Notes: a model not told the origin generated them from the letters alone. A stretch of DNA of 64,000 nucleotides from Trichomonas gallinae (GCA_008369845.1 MRSU01005191.1:1-64000), one strand, 5' to 3'. Positions 43,679 through 53,973 are shown, numbered from the stretch's first letter. Translations and numbers: made by a program.

Positions 43679-44209
43679 TTATATTGGCTCGAATGGTAGG
43701 TTGTAGTCGACTTTTTGGCTTTTGATGAATTTTTCAACATCTTCTTGTAAATCTTTTCGTGATAAAATATATTGAGCGAATGCAGTAGCACCAATGAGGA
43801 ATAAATTATTCTGAGCGTCAGTCTCTGATTGTTGCGTAGGATCTTGAAAATCATAAAACATGTTGTTCATCGATAACTTCTTGTCTTTCTTTGCTTGCTG
43901 CTTATCAGCACTCTTTTCGTAATGCCAGTTCGGGTTTTCTCGTTTAAATTGTTCTCGAATTTCTTTCGCTTTCTCTACATAAGGCCTTTTCTGTTCCTCA
44001 GTCATTTCACTCCACTGCTGCCCAATCATTTTCGATACCTCATTTCCTCCGAGAAGTGGATTTTCTGTTTTCATTTTTGGCTGCATTTCGATATAATAAA
44101 GATTATACGCATTTGGCGGGCGTTTTGGCTTTTGTGGCTGTGTTGCTTGCATCTGTGGCTGCATTAAAGATCTGATGGATTCATCTAATGCAGGAGGATC
44201 AAAATCCAT
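43679..44209 (-). CDS. HMG-box protein
   Basis: PKRPPNAYNLY...EVSKMIGQQWSEMTEEQKRPYVEKA...FKRENPNWHY. Confidence 0.93.
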   Translation of the reverse strand: MDFDPPALDESIRSLMQPQMQATQPQKPKRPPNAYNLYYIEMQPKMKTENPLLGGNEVSKMIGQQWSEMTEEQKRPYVEKAKEIREQFKRENPNWHYEKSADKQQAKKDKKLSMNNMFYDFQDPTQQSETDAQNNLFLIGATAFAQYILSRKDLQEDVEKFIKSQKVDYNLPFEPI

Positions 44210-44473
44210 TATTTATAAGGGGCTGAAAATATTATCTAGGGGATAATTTTTTTTTCTATCTTTTAAACAATATAAATAGACTAGTCTTAACAAAACAAAT
44301 AATATCCCAAAGTTTGACATCATAAATACAAATATATTCATATTATTTTTAATAAAATATAATTTTTCAACATAATATAATAAATTTAGTTGTAGATTGT
44401 GAATCTATAGCTAATAAATATATGATTGTGATTCAGAAATTAAACAAAACAATTTAGTATATTAAAAAAACAA

Positions 44474-45844
44474 TTATTTGAAGGTTCCATGATTAGCTGT
44501 CGACATCATTTTTTCGGCATTGTAAAGTATGAGTCTTCCATCGAGTTTTCTGAGATTAAGAGAAAACTCTTCGCTAAAAACTTGCGGCATTTCAAGTGGA
44601 ATCTCTTGTAATTTCTCGTGGAGAAGAACTAAAGCAGCACAAAGCATCGATTGCCTCATAACAGGCAAGTTTCCACAAGATAGAGCACTCGCAAGTATTA
44701 ATGATGTAATTTTGTAATCTCTCCATCTTGTAAATAGTATTCTTGAATCAGGAATCGCAAAATCAAGAGTTTTGTAGTTTCTGTCTGTCAAAACCTCAGC
44801 TGTTGACTTCGAAATGTTCTCTAACATTGTTAAAACCTTCAAACTTTCTTGTTGCACTGATAAAGAAGCTTCTTTGATCTTTCTGTATAATGTGAGAAGT
44901 GGCCAGAACAATAATAGTTCTGCTGCTTCTAAATCTAGCATCCTATCATCTCTTGTAACAAACTTTTCATCAATTATTTCATCTTCGAGATAAATCGACA
45001 CAAGAGATGATAATTCGAACTGCAGTGTATCATCAAATCTTAAATTACCGAAATAGAAGGTAAATAATGACAAACCAAGGTTAAAAATCAATTGCTTGTG
45101 CATTTGAGTATAATTTTCGCCTAATATCCATGTTTCTATGTCATGTGCAAATATACGCAAGTCAGAGAATCTATTCCATTCATCTTTTGTTGTTAATTGC
45201 CATTGTTCACGAATCTGAAAATATTCTTTTTGAGCAGCTTCAGCTGGTTTACGTAACAATAAGCGATCGAAAAGAACTGGAAGTGCTTCATCCATCATAT
45301 TGTATTTTGAGAATGAAATTGAGCTTAAATCGATATTTTTTGCAACATGAACAGTAAAATCTTCAAATTTTGATGCCGGAATAACAGGAACAATGTTACC
45401 ATATGTAAATGCATCAACAGGACGAATTGTAATTGGTTTAACTTGCGTAGTTTTGAAAGAATCGCCAGTTTTTTTCAAAACATCTGTGAATTTTCCGAAA
45501 ATTCCTCCTTTATTCTGTTCTTTTAGTTCTATACTGAATAATAATGTGTTGTCTGGGCTCGGAGTCAAAATAATTTTATTTCTTAAAAATTCCCAGAACG
45601 CGTTCATATCTGTTTTATTGTTGAATACTATTATCCTATCTGTAAATTTTCCGTGGAATGTCGTAATTAACATATTATCCTTTGATAATTCTAATTTTGA
45701 AAATTGAGATATTTTATCTGTGACAATTATTCCTCCATGCTCATCGAAATAAGATATACTTAGGTCAGCACCATTAATTGCTATTTGCATATAACCATTT
45801 AATCGCTCTTCTTGATCGAGCATGATTCCAACTTTAGTATACAT
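44474..45844 (-). CDS. Degenerate TBC1D15/Gyp7-like protein (PH-like N-terminus plus TBC-like region)
   Basis: EYFQIREQWQLTTKDEWNRFSDLR....DIE resembles the TBC1D15 pre-catalytic helix; no IxxDxxR or YxQ motif. TCATT initiator at 45851-45855. Confidence 0.65.
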   Translation of the reverse strand: MYTKVGIMLDQEERLNGYMQIAINGADLSISYFDEHGGIIVTDKISQFSKLELSKDNMLITTFHGKFTDRIIVFNNKTDMNAFWEFLRNKIILTPSPDNTLLFSIELKEQNKGGIFGKFTDVLKKTGDSFKTTQVKPITIRPVDAFTYGNIVPVIPASKFEDFTVHVAKNIDLSSISFSKYNMMDEALPVLFDRLLLRKPAEAAQKEYFQIREQWQLTTKDEWNRFSDLRIFAHDIETWILGENYTQMHKQLIFNLGLSLFTFYFGNLRFDDTLQFELSSLVSIYLEDEIIDEKFVTRDDRMLDLEAAELLLFWPLLTLYRKIKEASLSVQQESLKVLTMLENISKSTAEVLTDRNYKTLDFAIPDSRILFTRWRDYKITSLILASALSCGNLPVMRQSMLCAALVLLHEKLQEIPLEMPQVFSEEFSLNLRKLDGRLILYNAEKMMSTANHGTFK

Positions 45845-46030
45845 CTATAAAATGAACTCAACTTGTAACAAATATATCACAAATAATCGGTTTCGCTTAT
45901 TATTTCAAATTGGTTTGGTAAATATTTCTATTGAATTGACAAAATCTATAATTTGATTGATAAATTAATAAAGATGAGATTTTTATTGCTAATGATATAT
46001 GGTTTCACAGTTTTTAGCTCATAAATTAAA

Positions 46031-46651
46031 TTGACTTCGAGCAGTGACTTTCCTGAATCATTTTTATCGGACAGCTCATCTCCTGTTGACGCACAGAGGA
46101 CAAATACAATGAATTATGACCACACAAATGATGATTTCTCTGTTGATCAATCTTCAGCTTATATTTCAGAAACGGATATTGAATTAGAATCTACAGAAAA
46201 CACACCACCAAGACAAGAGAATCATACGCCAGAATTATCTGATAACAAATTTGATTATTCATATTCATATTTTTATACATCGAGTTATACAACACAACAA
46301 GCACCACAAGTACAACGAGCAACTTTACAGAGACCATTAGTTCAGAATAATCCGAGAAAAACTAATTTTAATCACGCAAGAGATTTCCTATATACACAAG
46401 CAGTCAGTTCATCAGCTGATAATGATGAAGATGCTGAGGAGGATGTCATGAATAGCTCAGATCGCAGATTTATTGCTGATTCAAGCACATCATCACAAAA
46501 TCAACGTGATTCAATAGCATTTTACAGATTGATGACTATATCTAATCGAATAGCATCAAAAAACAATGCAAGAAAGCCTCGTCGTGAAAAATTAATTGAT
46601 GAATATTCACCATCTCAAATTGATTCAGAATCAGATCTAGAAAGCTCTTAA
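46031..46651 (+). CDS. Low-complexity S/D/T-rich hypothetical protein; start uncertain (TTG 46031 or ATG 46109)
   Basis: Open frame of 206 codons bounded upstream by TAA at 46022. Confidence 0.7.
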   Translation: MTSSSDFPESFLSDSSSPVDAQRTNTMNYDHTNDDFSVDQSSAYISETDIELESTENTPPRQENHTPELSDNKFDYSYSYFYTSSYTTQQAPQVQRATLQRPLVQNNPRKTNFNHARDFLYTQAVSSSADNDEDAEEDVMNSSDRRFIADSSTSSQNQRDSIAFYRLMTISNRIASKNNARKPRREKLIDEYSPSQIDSESDLESS

Positions 46652-46862
46652 TTTTACTCTTTTATGATATTCTGAGATAGTTTTGGAAACTATTTCGGAA
46701 AATATTCTATTGATTTATTTTTAACATGCATTTTACTTCTTTGTGTTTTAATAAAGTACTTATATTAGGTGATTTATTGCTTTCTATTATGTTTACGAAA
46801 AAAATATTGAAATTAATTTTTAATAAACAAACGATACAAATTTTTATTCATACAGTGTTAAG

Positions 46863-47897
46863 TTACGGCTTGCGTACGGATGCTTTTGTCATTGGACGAA
46901 GAGAAAGAAGTCCAATTGATGACATCGGCCTTTGTCTTGGAAAATTTCCAGTTGTCTTTGCAAGGGCAGACTTGACTTTGACGGACCTATCTGCAGCAGA
47001 TGTGAATGGAGCTGCAGTTTTAGCGAGATCGGATTTCGATTTTGTATTTGGATTTTCTGTCAGTCCGAACTTGAGTTTTTCGTACTGTGTCATGACAGGT
47101 ACAACTCTAAGTTTCGATTTGAAGAAAGTGATCTCTTCATCACAGAGTTCACGAATATCACTGCTAAATTCACCGACATCCATATTTTTGGCAGCGACAG
47201 CATTGAACTTTGTGCCTGCCTTTGTGCCAATTATGTTGATTTCGTCAATAAACTCTTGAATAGATTTTGCGAATTGTAATTCTTGCCTAGATTGCTCTGC
47301 TTTAACTTCTGCTTCATGATCTTGTGTGAGTTTCTCAAGTTCTTCCTTTTGCGCATCAATTGTGACTTCTTTAAGCTTTGCAAAGCGGTCTTCAGTTTCA
47401 ACTCTTCTTCTTTCGAGTTCTTCCTTAGCAATGTCCTGTGCACGCTGGCGTAACTCTTTCGCCTTGTCAAAATGACAAACTTTGGCTTCCGCTTTTGCTT
47501 CTTCAAGCATTGATATTTGTTCTTCAACATCTCTTTCAGATTCAGTGATAAGAGTGTATGTCCTGTCTTGCTCTATTTCCATGAGCTCTGAAATGTGTCT
47601 TTCTTCTGTTTGTTCAACGAGTGTTTGATATTTGGAATAAATCATTTGCGTGTTTTTGCGACTTTCTTCCGCCTCATCAGTCAAACGCTTTTCGGCGAGT
47701 TTGTGGTACTTCTTGAGCTCGGATTTTGCGATAGATAATGCGTCTTGACATTGATATTTTGAAAAATTTAGCAATTCTTGCTGAATTTGGTTCTCCATAT
47801 CTTCAGCTGTTTCGAAATCGAGTACATCAACTGCTTTCTGCTTCTTTATCCTCAAATCATTGATAGTTGAGTAAGTGGCTTGAGCGAGTTGATCCAT
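46863..47897 (-). CDS. Coiled-coil protein (344 aa)
   Basis: E/K/Q-rich helical ORF with two A.....F..A..(M/L) motifs and a basic tail. Confidence 0.85.
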   Translation of the reverse strand: MDQLAQATYSTINDLRIKKQKAVDVLDFETAEDMENQIQQELLNFSKYQCQDALSIAKSELKKYHKLAEKRLTDEAEESRKNTQMIYSKYQTLVEQTEERHISELMEIEQDRTYTLITESERDVEEQISMLEEAKAEAKVCHFDKAKELRQRAQDIAKEELERRRVETEDRFAKLKEVTIDAQKEELEKLTQDHEAEVKAEQSRQELQFAKSIQEFIDEINIIGTKAGTKFNAVAAKNMDVGEFSSDIRELCDEEITFFKSKLRVVPVMTQYEKLKFGLTENPNTKSKSDLAKTAAPFTSAADRSVKVKSALAKTTGNFPRQRPMSSIGLLSLRPMTKASVRKP

Positions 47898-48884
47898 TGT
47901 ACGTTATTTTTGTAATGGAAAAACTGATTTTCATTTGCCACTTTACATGTCAAAAATATTTTCATCTCCTTCTAATTTATCTGTTTTAGTAATTTTTTCT
48001 AATATGCAAAAATATACTTGATTTAGTGATCATGTAAAATCTTTTAAAACAGGAATTTAATTGATAATTAATATCATTTCAAAGAGATCAAAAGTAATGA
48101 TTAATCTTGTTTTACATGTCAAATTGACAAAAATAAATATACGTTATATTAGAAATTTATGCTTGCAGAGTTAGATAATGCTTCGTAACTGCTAATATTG
48201 AGGACACATGAGTAGATAAAGATATATATCTACTAAAACAAGAAATTTCATCAAATTATAGTCCGAGATAATGAAATTTTAAGATAAAGTATAAACTTTA
48301 CACTGTCAAATGTCAATTTAACCTTAATAAACTATTCCCTAAAAGATTTGAGTTCTATTATGTTTAGATATTCTTTTAACCCAAATAACAGAGTTTAATG
48401 ACAAGATGGAACAAAACAGTATAATTTCCCAAACCATGCACATTGATATCCAAATTGAGATATTTGTTAAATTGTGTTTCAATCAAGATGCTATTCATAA
48501 ATCGATAACCGCAGTGAATGAGTCATTTTGTTAACATAGTGAATATACTGGCTCACGACTAGAAACAGAAAAGACCAATGAATAATGAAAAGTGAAATTG
48601 ATGTTAAAAAATATTCATGATCTAGATGTAATATGAGCATAGATGCATGAGACATAACCATAATAGAAAGAAAATACTAATCATATGAGAGAAGAACACG
48701 TCGCTTAAATAAGGAATTAATTAAAGAGCAAAGAAAGATTTTGTCAAAAAATAAAAGCTATATATTTTATATCTATATATGCAAAAACATACTCCTTATA
48801 GATAGATATTACTAATGATGGGGGAGAAATAGGCGTAAATGATATAAGCGAAAATAGTAAACGTCCGATTTTTATTTATCAACA

Positions 48885-48922
48885 AAAGTGACAAAATAAA
48901 AAAATGTGAGATGAAAAGTGAC
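48885..48922 (+). promoter_or_regulatory. Two AAAGTGAC motif-2 elements upstream of the B-box/TLDc gene
   Basis: AAAGTGAC at 48885 and 48915; ATG at 48939. Confidence 0.65.
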
Positions 48923-48938
48923 AAAAATTTATAAACGA

Positions 48939-51362
48939 ATGAATCTGATTCCAGTTGCTCCTCATTCCGAAGACTTTGGGCTCATCGAGTACGAGCTCCA
49001 GCTCCAGCTCAATGCTCCCAAGCTCAAGGTCTCCGAGTGCTACGTGATTTCGAATCCACACGTTGAGGCATCGTATTTGAATTATTTCAAGACACTGACG
49101 CCTTCTAACGTTGTTGACGTGTTCGTTCCAGCATCAAACATCGACCAGGCGCTCGCCGACATCGAAGAGAACGGAATTGCAGTCAATCCTCAAACAGGAT
49201 TCAAATTCAGGGTCGGATCCTTCGAAATCGACAGAACAAAGCCGATGATTGAAGTCGTCCGCTTGACAATCGCTCTTGGAAATACTCTCAACCATCTCCA
49301 GCCTTCTACACAACTCACACAGAATCAATTCTCTTTAGATCAACCGACAAGTGGCCTCCTTCGCGCTGGATACCACTCACTGTGCATCTCAGACAACCAC
49401 GACTACGTTGTTTTCAACTCAGCACAAATCAAAACTTGCAATTACGTAAAATTCAGAGGAGGCTCAAATCTCGATCAGCCAAAGGAGGAGGATGACCTCT
49501 GCGAGCAATGCGGCAAGAATCTTGCTACAGTTTGGTGCAAGAACGATAATGCGAAGTTTTGCGATCAATGCGACGAAGAAGCCCACAACACGGCCATTAG
49601 ACAGCGCCACGTGCGTATGACACTCGCAGAAGCCCGCGCACTCATGGAATGCTGTCCTTATCACGACGACACGAGAGTAGAATATTTCTGCACAGTCTGC
49701 CAGACGCCTGTTTGCATCAACTGTAAGATGATCGGCAGCCACTCCAAGGGAGCAGCTGCCTCTCACCAGCTCATCCCAATCAAACAAGCCTACGAAGAAG
49801 CTTTGGATGCTGCATCGCACAAGGACCCGATTTTCGTTAAGAGGAAGCAAGAAATCGACGAGAAGCTCGCTGATGCCGAGGAAAGACTCAACCAAATCAT
49901 CAGAAACGAGAAAGATGTCGAAGCTGAAATTCAAAGACTTGCAAACGCTGCAATCGAGCGTGCTAAGCAACTTGCTTGCGAGAAGGCTTTGATCGTTCGC
50001 TCTTCCAAGCTCGAACTCGAAAGAAAACAGCAAGAAATGGAATCTTTGACAAAATTCCTCGATATCGAGAGAAAATACTCTGGTCCATTATCATTCCTCA
50101 GTGCCTACGACAGACACTCAATGGTCGTCGCTACAATGCAAGGAACAGAAGATCTTCCTTCAGATCTCACTGTAGAAGGCGATTTATGCGTCTTCGGCAA
50201 GCTTGACGTCTGCCCATCATCAGAGAAGCCACGTCAGAGCTTCATGAGAGAGAATTTTGGCGTCCGCAGAGAATCTAATTCTCCACCAGCTCAAATCCAA
50301 CAGCCAAAGAACTCTCCGCCTCCACAGCAGGTTGTTGAGTCACCAAAGCCAGCTCCTTTGTCCCCGCAGAAAACACAGAAGCAGCCAGAACCACCGAAGC
50401 AAGAAAAACCAATAGAACCAGAGCCACCGAAGCATGAGAAGCCAAAGGAGAAGGCTAAGCAGGACACAGCGAAGTCCACAAAGAAGACAGCAGCCAAAGA
50501 CGACAAGAAATCGAAGACCGGCGGCCCAAAAGCGGCAGACAAGAAGACTTCAAAGCGCGACGAGAAAAAACCAGGCGAGAAAAAACAAAAATCACCACCT
50601 AAAAACGAAGAACAAGACTCAGCATCTATGATAGAAGACGCTTCTGAAGTCGCCAGGCACATGCCGCCACCGCCAGCACAAAAGCCAGCTCCTCCGCCAC
50701 AGTCACCACAAAAACGCATCATCAACCCAATATTGACAAAACAAATCCCAGAGCCGCCGTCAATCATCGAGATGGCGAGAAGGAAGGAGGCCAAGAATAA
50801 GAGCCGCGGCATCGAGCTATCATTCCAGCCGTTCGAAGGCTCAGAGATCTTAGTTCAGCCTTCAAATGCAACAGCTCTTTATCTCTGCTTCCCGTTCAAG
50901 AACCTTCCTCAGACACATCTTCTCTATTCGTCTGTCAGAGATGGCAGATCGATCGAGAAGATGCACCAGCTGATCGACAACATCGGCATCACATGCGTCT
51001 TGATCAAGAAGGATGACTTAGTGTTCGGCGGTTTCGCTGCTGCTAAGTGGAACAGCGACGGCGAACCATTCGGCAACCAGACATCATCCTTCTTGTTCTC
51101 AATCTCCCTCGACGCATATATCCCGTACAGACCACACATCGCTGACGCGTGCAACCTCTACGCTACAAAGGACACGTTGACATTCGGAAGGTACGACTTA
51201 GTTCTCGCAGACGATTTCGAGTCTTGCAGCGCCGTCATCGAAAACTCTTATGGCGTCGGCTTCGATCCGGGCAGCACTGAAGCACAGACATTCCTCGCTG
51301 GAGAGCCTAATTTCCGTGCAGATGCTGTCGAAGTTTGGGGATTCTTCACAATCGATCAGTAA
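48939..51362 (+). CDS. B-box zinc finger, coiled-coil and TLDc domain protein with a PARP-like N-terminus
   Basis: ATG 48939; two B-boxes (CEQC...WCKND...FCDQCD...H; CPYH...FCTVC...VCINC...H); P/K-rich linker; TLDc (LLYSSVRDG, FGGFA, SFLFS, VEVW). Confidence 0.92.
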   Translation: MNLIPVAPHSEDFGLIEYELQLQLNAPKLKVSECYVISNPHVEASYLNYFKTLTPSNVVDVFVPASNIDQALADIEENGIAVNPQTGFKFRVGSFEIDRTKPMIEVVRLTIALGNTLNHLQPSTQLTQNQFSLDQPTSGLLRAGYHSLCISDNHDYVVFNSAQIKTCNYVKFRGGSNLDQPKEEDDLCEQCGKNLATVWCKNDNAKFCDQCDEEAHNTAIRQRHVRMTLAEARALMECCPYHDDTRVEYFCTVCQTPVCINCKMIGSHSKGAAASHQLIPIKQAYEEALDAASHKDPIFVKRKQEIDEKLADAEERLNQIIRNEKDVEAEIQRLANAAIERAKQLACEKALIVRSSKLELERKQQEMESLTKFLDIERKYSGPLSFLSAYDRHSMVVATMQGTEDLPSDLTVEGDLCVFGKLDVCPSSEKPRQSFMRENFGVRRESNSPPAQIQQPKNSPPPQQVVESPKPAPLSPQKTQKQPEPPKQEKPIEPEPPKHEKPKEKAKQDTAKSTKKTAAKDDKKSKTGGPKAADKKTSKRDEKKPGEKKQKSPPKNEEQDSASMIEDASEVARHMPPPPAQKPAPPPQSPQKRIINPILTKQIPEPPSIIEMARRKEAKNKSRGIELSFQPFEGSEILVQPSNATALYLCFPFKNLPQTHLLYSSVRDGRSIEKMHQLIDNIGITCVLIKKDDLVFGGFAAAKWNSDGEPFGNQTSSFLFSISLDAYIPYRPHIADACNLYATKDTLTFGRYDLVLADDFESCSAVIENSYGVGFDPGSTEAQTFLAGEPNFRADAVEVWGFFTIDQ

Positions 51363-51913
51363 TCAACAGAGAAAAAGAAAATGTTCTGATTTTTTTTATT
51401 ATTTCACCAAAAATGAAGATAAATTATATTTCTATGTAAATCATTTTATATCTACTCACTCTTTTCATTCTACATCACAACCATTTAGCGAACATTCACT
51501 CACTCATTATTTCTTTTGTTATTCATCCTGAATATAAAAATTTTAATTAAATCAAAAATCATTTTTGGAATTTTTTATTGCTAAATTGCATGCATTAGTA
51601 TTATGTTTTCAAATAATGAGTGCTATCTATATTACCTATATTATTTCCTAATTATATTAGAATATTCATGCAGAAACTTAACACGGATGAAAATAATTAT
51701 GATGCTTTGAAAATTCAAGATTCAATTTTCTTTTTGTATGTTTTTTGGAATTGATTTGTAAAACAAGTTATGAATTAAATCATTCATTTCATAAAATTAT
51801 GCATTTATAGATGGATTGTGATAATCAATTTAGATGAAATAAGACGAAAATCTAATAATATTGTATATTTATTAATATTGGGGATGAAGCGTGAATATTC
51901 TTCATTATTATTA

Positions 51914-53554
51914 TTAAGATCTAGCTGGGAACTGGTGGAAGAACATTTCAGTGATGAGCTTCGCCTGTTTATCACTAAACAAGACGACAGCCAAAGCCTG
52001 GAACATTTTATCTTTCGACTTCATCGCGACTGTCTGCGCGATGTCTTTCGCGTCCTCCTGGTCTATGTGCTTCGAGAGCTCCCTGATCATCCATGGTATA
52101 GGCTCAATCTTCTCCCTCTGCATTTTAATCTGTACTTTAGGCTTCTCGATTTGGATCTCATGGTTGTTATTTGTTGCAGAATTAGAAGGATTTCCAAGAT
52201 TTTGCGTAATAATGTTGCTGACAGCAATTTTCCTAGTTTTGCCCTCAGTGTCTCTTACTTTCAGCTGCTGCATTGTTGGGATGGGTGCAGCACCGTACAT
52301 TCTGTGGTTTTGCTGGAATTCTTTCTCTTGATCTAATTTAATTTCACTTTCTTTCTTGCGAATTGCTCCATATGTCATTCCATCGTAATCTTCTTCAACA
52401 AAAACTTCTGTTTCACCTATGATTCTCGTTGGCTGTGAAATAATTTTGACTTTCTTCTTCTTTTTTTTCTTTTTGTCGTCATTTTCAGTATCATCTGGTA
52501 TTTCATTAAGCTCTTCCTGTGGAAGCATTGTTCTTGGCACTTTCTCGACTTGAGCTTTGAGTTTTTCTTCTTGTACTTTTTCTAATTCTTTCTGCGCTGT
52601 ATATTCTTTTTGTTCTTTCTCGTAAAGTGCGTCGAAGTCAATAGGACCCATTTTAATCGGCTGGCCGGCCCTCATTGTTATTCTCTTTTGTTTTTGATAA
52701 TTTGGATCTTCTTCTAGTTGTTTGCTGACGTTATTATATATTTCTTGGACTTTATCATGGATCGTAGACTCTTCTGCAGCGTTATTTTGTGGTTCTTCTT
52801 CGATTTCTGGCTTTGCGGAATTTGATGTTTTTGATTTGACGACTTTTTTAACTTTCTTGACTTTCTTAACCTTCTTCTTAGCCTTGTCATTCTCCTCTTC
52901 ATCTTTTCTGATGCTTTCAAGCATTTTTTGGTAATTTCTTTCTGCTTTCTCTTGTTTACGCTTATATTCTTCAGGAGTAATTTCTCTGGATCTTGGCGCC
53001 ATGAAGCCTTCCCTGGCTCTGATAATTGGCGCGAAAATCCTGGCTGCAGCTGATATTTGCGGTGTTGTTTTTTCAGGCTCTTTTTCTTGAATTTGCTGTT
53101 GATGTTCTTCTTGTTGTAGTTTATTATTTACATTTTCGTCTTCCTTTTCCTGTTTTTCTTCAGAATTGTCGATTTCGGTTGGAATATTTTCAGGAGCAGG
53201 CGGCTGAGGCTTTGGAGCACGACGTATTTCAACTATTTCTTCTATAACTTTGTCAACTATATCCTCTTCTTCTTGATCGTCTGATTCCTTAGGTATGGCT
53301 GGTTGATCTTTCTGCACACGATGCTTTCTGCGAGGTTTCTTCTCTTCATGTGGCTTTTCTTCATCATCTGCATCATGTTTATCAACCTTTTTGGCCTCAT
53401 ATTTCAACACAGAAGAATTTAATTCTTCTATTGTGTAAGGAACGAATGCTTCGTGCTCAAAAACAGGCCCAAACAGGTAATTTTCGAGAGGTGAGTCCGA
53501 TGGCTTGTAAAAACTAAGGATTTCGGCAAGAGTATACTTATAGTTTCCCCACAT
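51914..53554 (-). CDS. Largely disordered protein with an N-terminal eIF4E-family-binding-like motif and a C-terminal PWI-like domain
   Basis: YKYTLAEIL fits YxYx4[LMI]-hydrophobic; C-terminus IPWMIRELSKHIDQED...; K/E-rich middle. Confidence 0.75.
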   Translation of the reverse strand: MWGNYKYTLAEILSFYKPSDSPLENYLFGPVFEHEAFVPYTIEELNSSVLKYEAKKVDKHDADDEEKPHEEKKPRRKHRVQKDQPAIPKESDDQEEEDIVDKVIEEIVEIRRAPKPQPPAPENIPTEIDNSEEKQEKEDENVNNKLQQEEHQQQIQEKEPEKTTPQISAAARIFAPIIRAREGFMAPRSREITPEEYKRKQEKAERNYQKMLESIRKDEEENDKAKKKVKKVKKVKKVVKSKTSNSAKPEIEEEPQNNAAEESTIHDKVQEIYNNVSKQLEEDPNYQKQKRITMRAGQPIKMGPIDFDALYEKEQKEYTAQKELEKVQEEKLKAQVEKVPRTMLPQEELNEIPDDTENDDKKKKKKKKVKIISQPTRIIGETEVFVEEDYDGMTYGAIRKKESEIKLDQEKEFQQNHRMYGAAPIPTMQQLKVRDTEGKTRKIAVSNIITQNLGNPSNSATNNNHEIQIEKPKVQIKMQREKIEPIPWMIRELSKHIDQEDAKDIAQTVAMKSKDKMFQALAVVLFSDKQAKLITEMFFHQFPARS

Positions 53555-53590
53555 TTCTCTTTCTTCTCAATTTTTTAGTATCGTTACATG

Positions 53591-53603
53591 AAAAAAGAAA
53601 AAA
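53591..53603 (-). terminator. Oligo-T Pol III terminator of tRNA-His
   Basis: TTTTTTCTTTTTT starts 2 nt after the discriminator base. Confidence 0.8.
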
Positions 53604-53605
53604 CT

Positions 53606-53677
53606 TGGGTGAACCGTGAATCGAACACGGATCTATTGAGCCACAATCAACAATACTAACCATTATACCATTCACCC
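53606..53677 (-). tRNA. tRNA-His (anticodon GTG)
   Basis: Minus strand reads GGGTGAA TG GTATAATGGTTAGTAT T GTTGA TTGTGGC TCAAT AGAT CCGTG TTCGATT CACGG TTCACCC A: a full cloverleaf followed by T-runs. Confidence 0.97.
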
Positions 53678-53973
53678 AATTCCAAAAATATATTCTACAA
53701 TTCTACAACATGAAACCTCAATAATTTGATCAGAACATAATATCTTTCTAAATTAAAAATCCCATAACACATAGAAAAATAACCAAAATTTTCAATCTTT
53801 TCATTAATGAAAATCTCATTTTTTTAAAATATTTTTTCAATTTCATTCTCGTCAGCTAATAATTATTGTAGATTTTTCGATTATTTGAGCTATATATTAT
53901 ATATTTTGTTGCAATTTGCGTAAAACGAGATTTGAACAAAATTCTATAAATTTAAAACAAACAATAAAAACAT

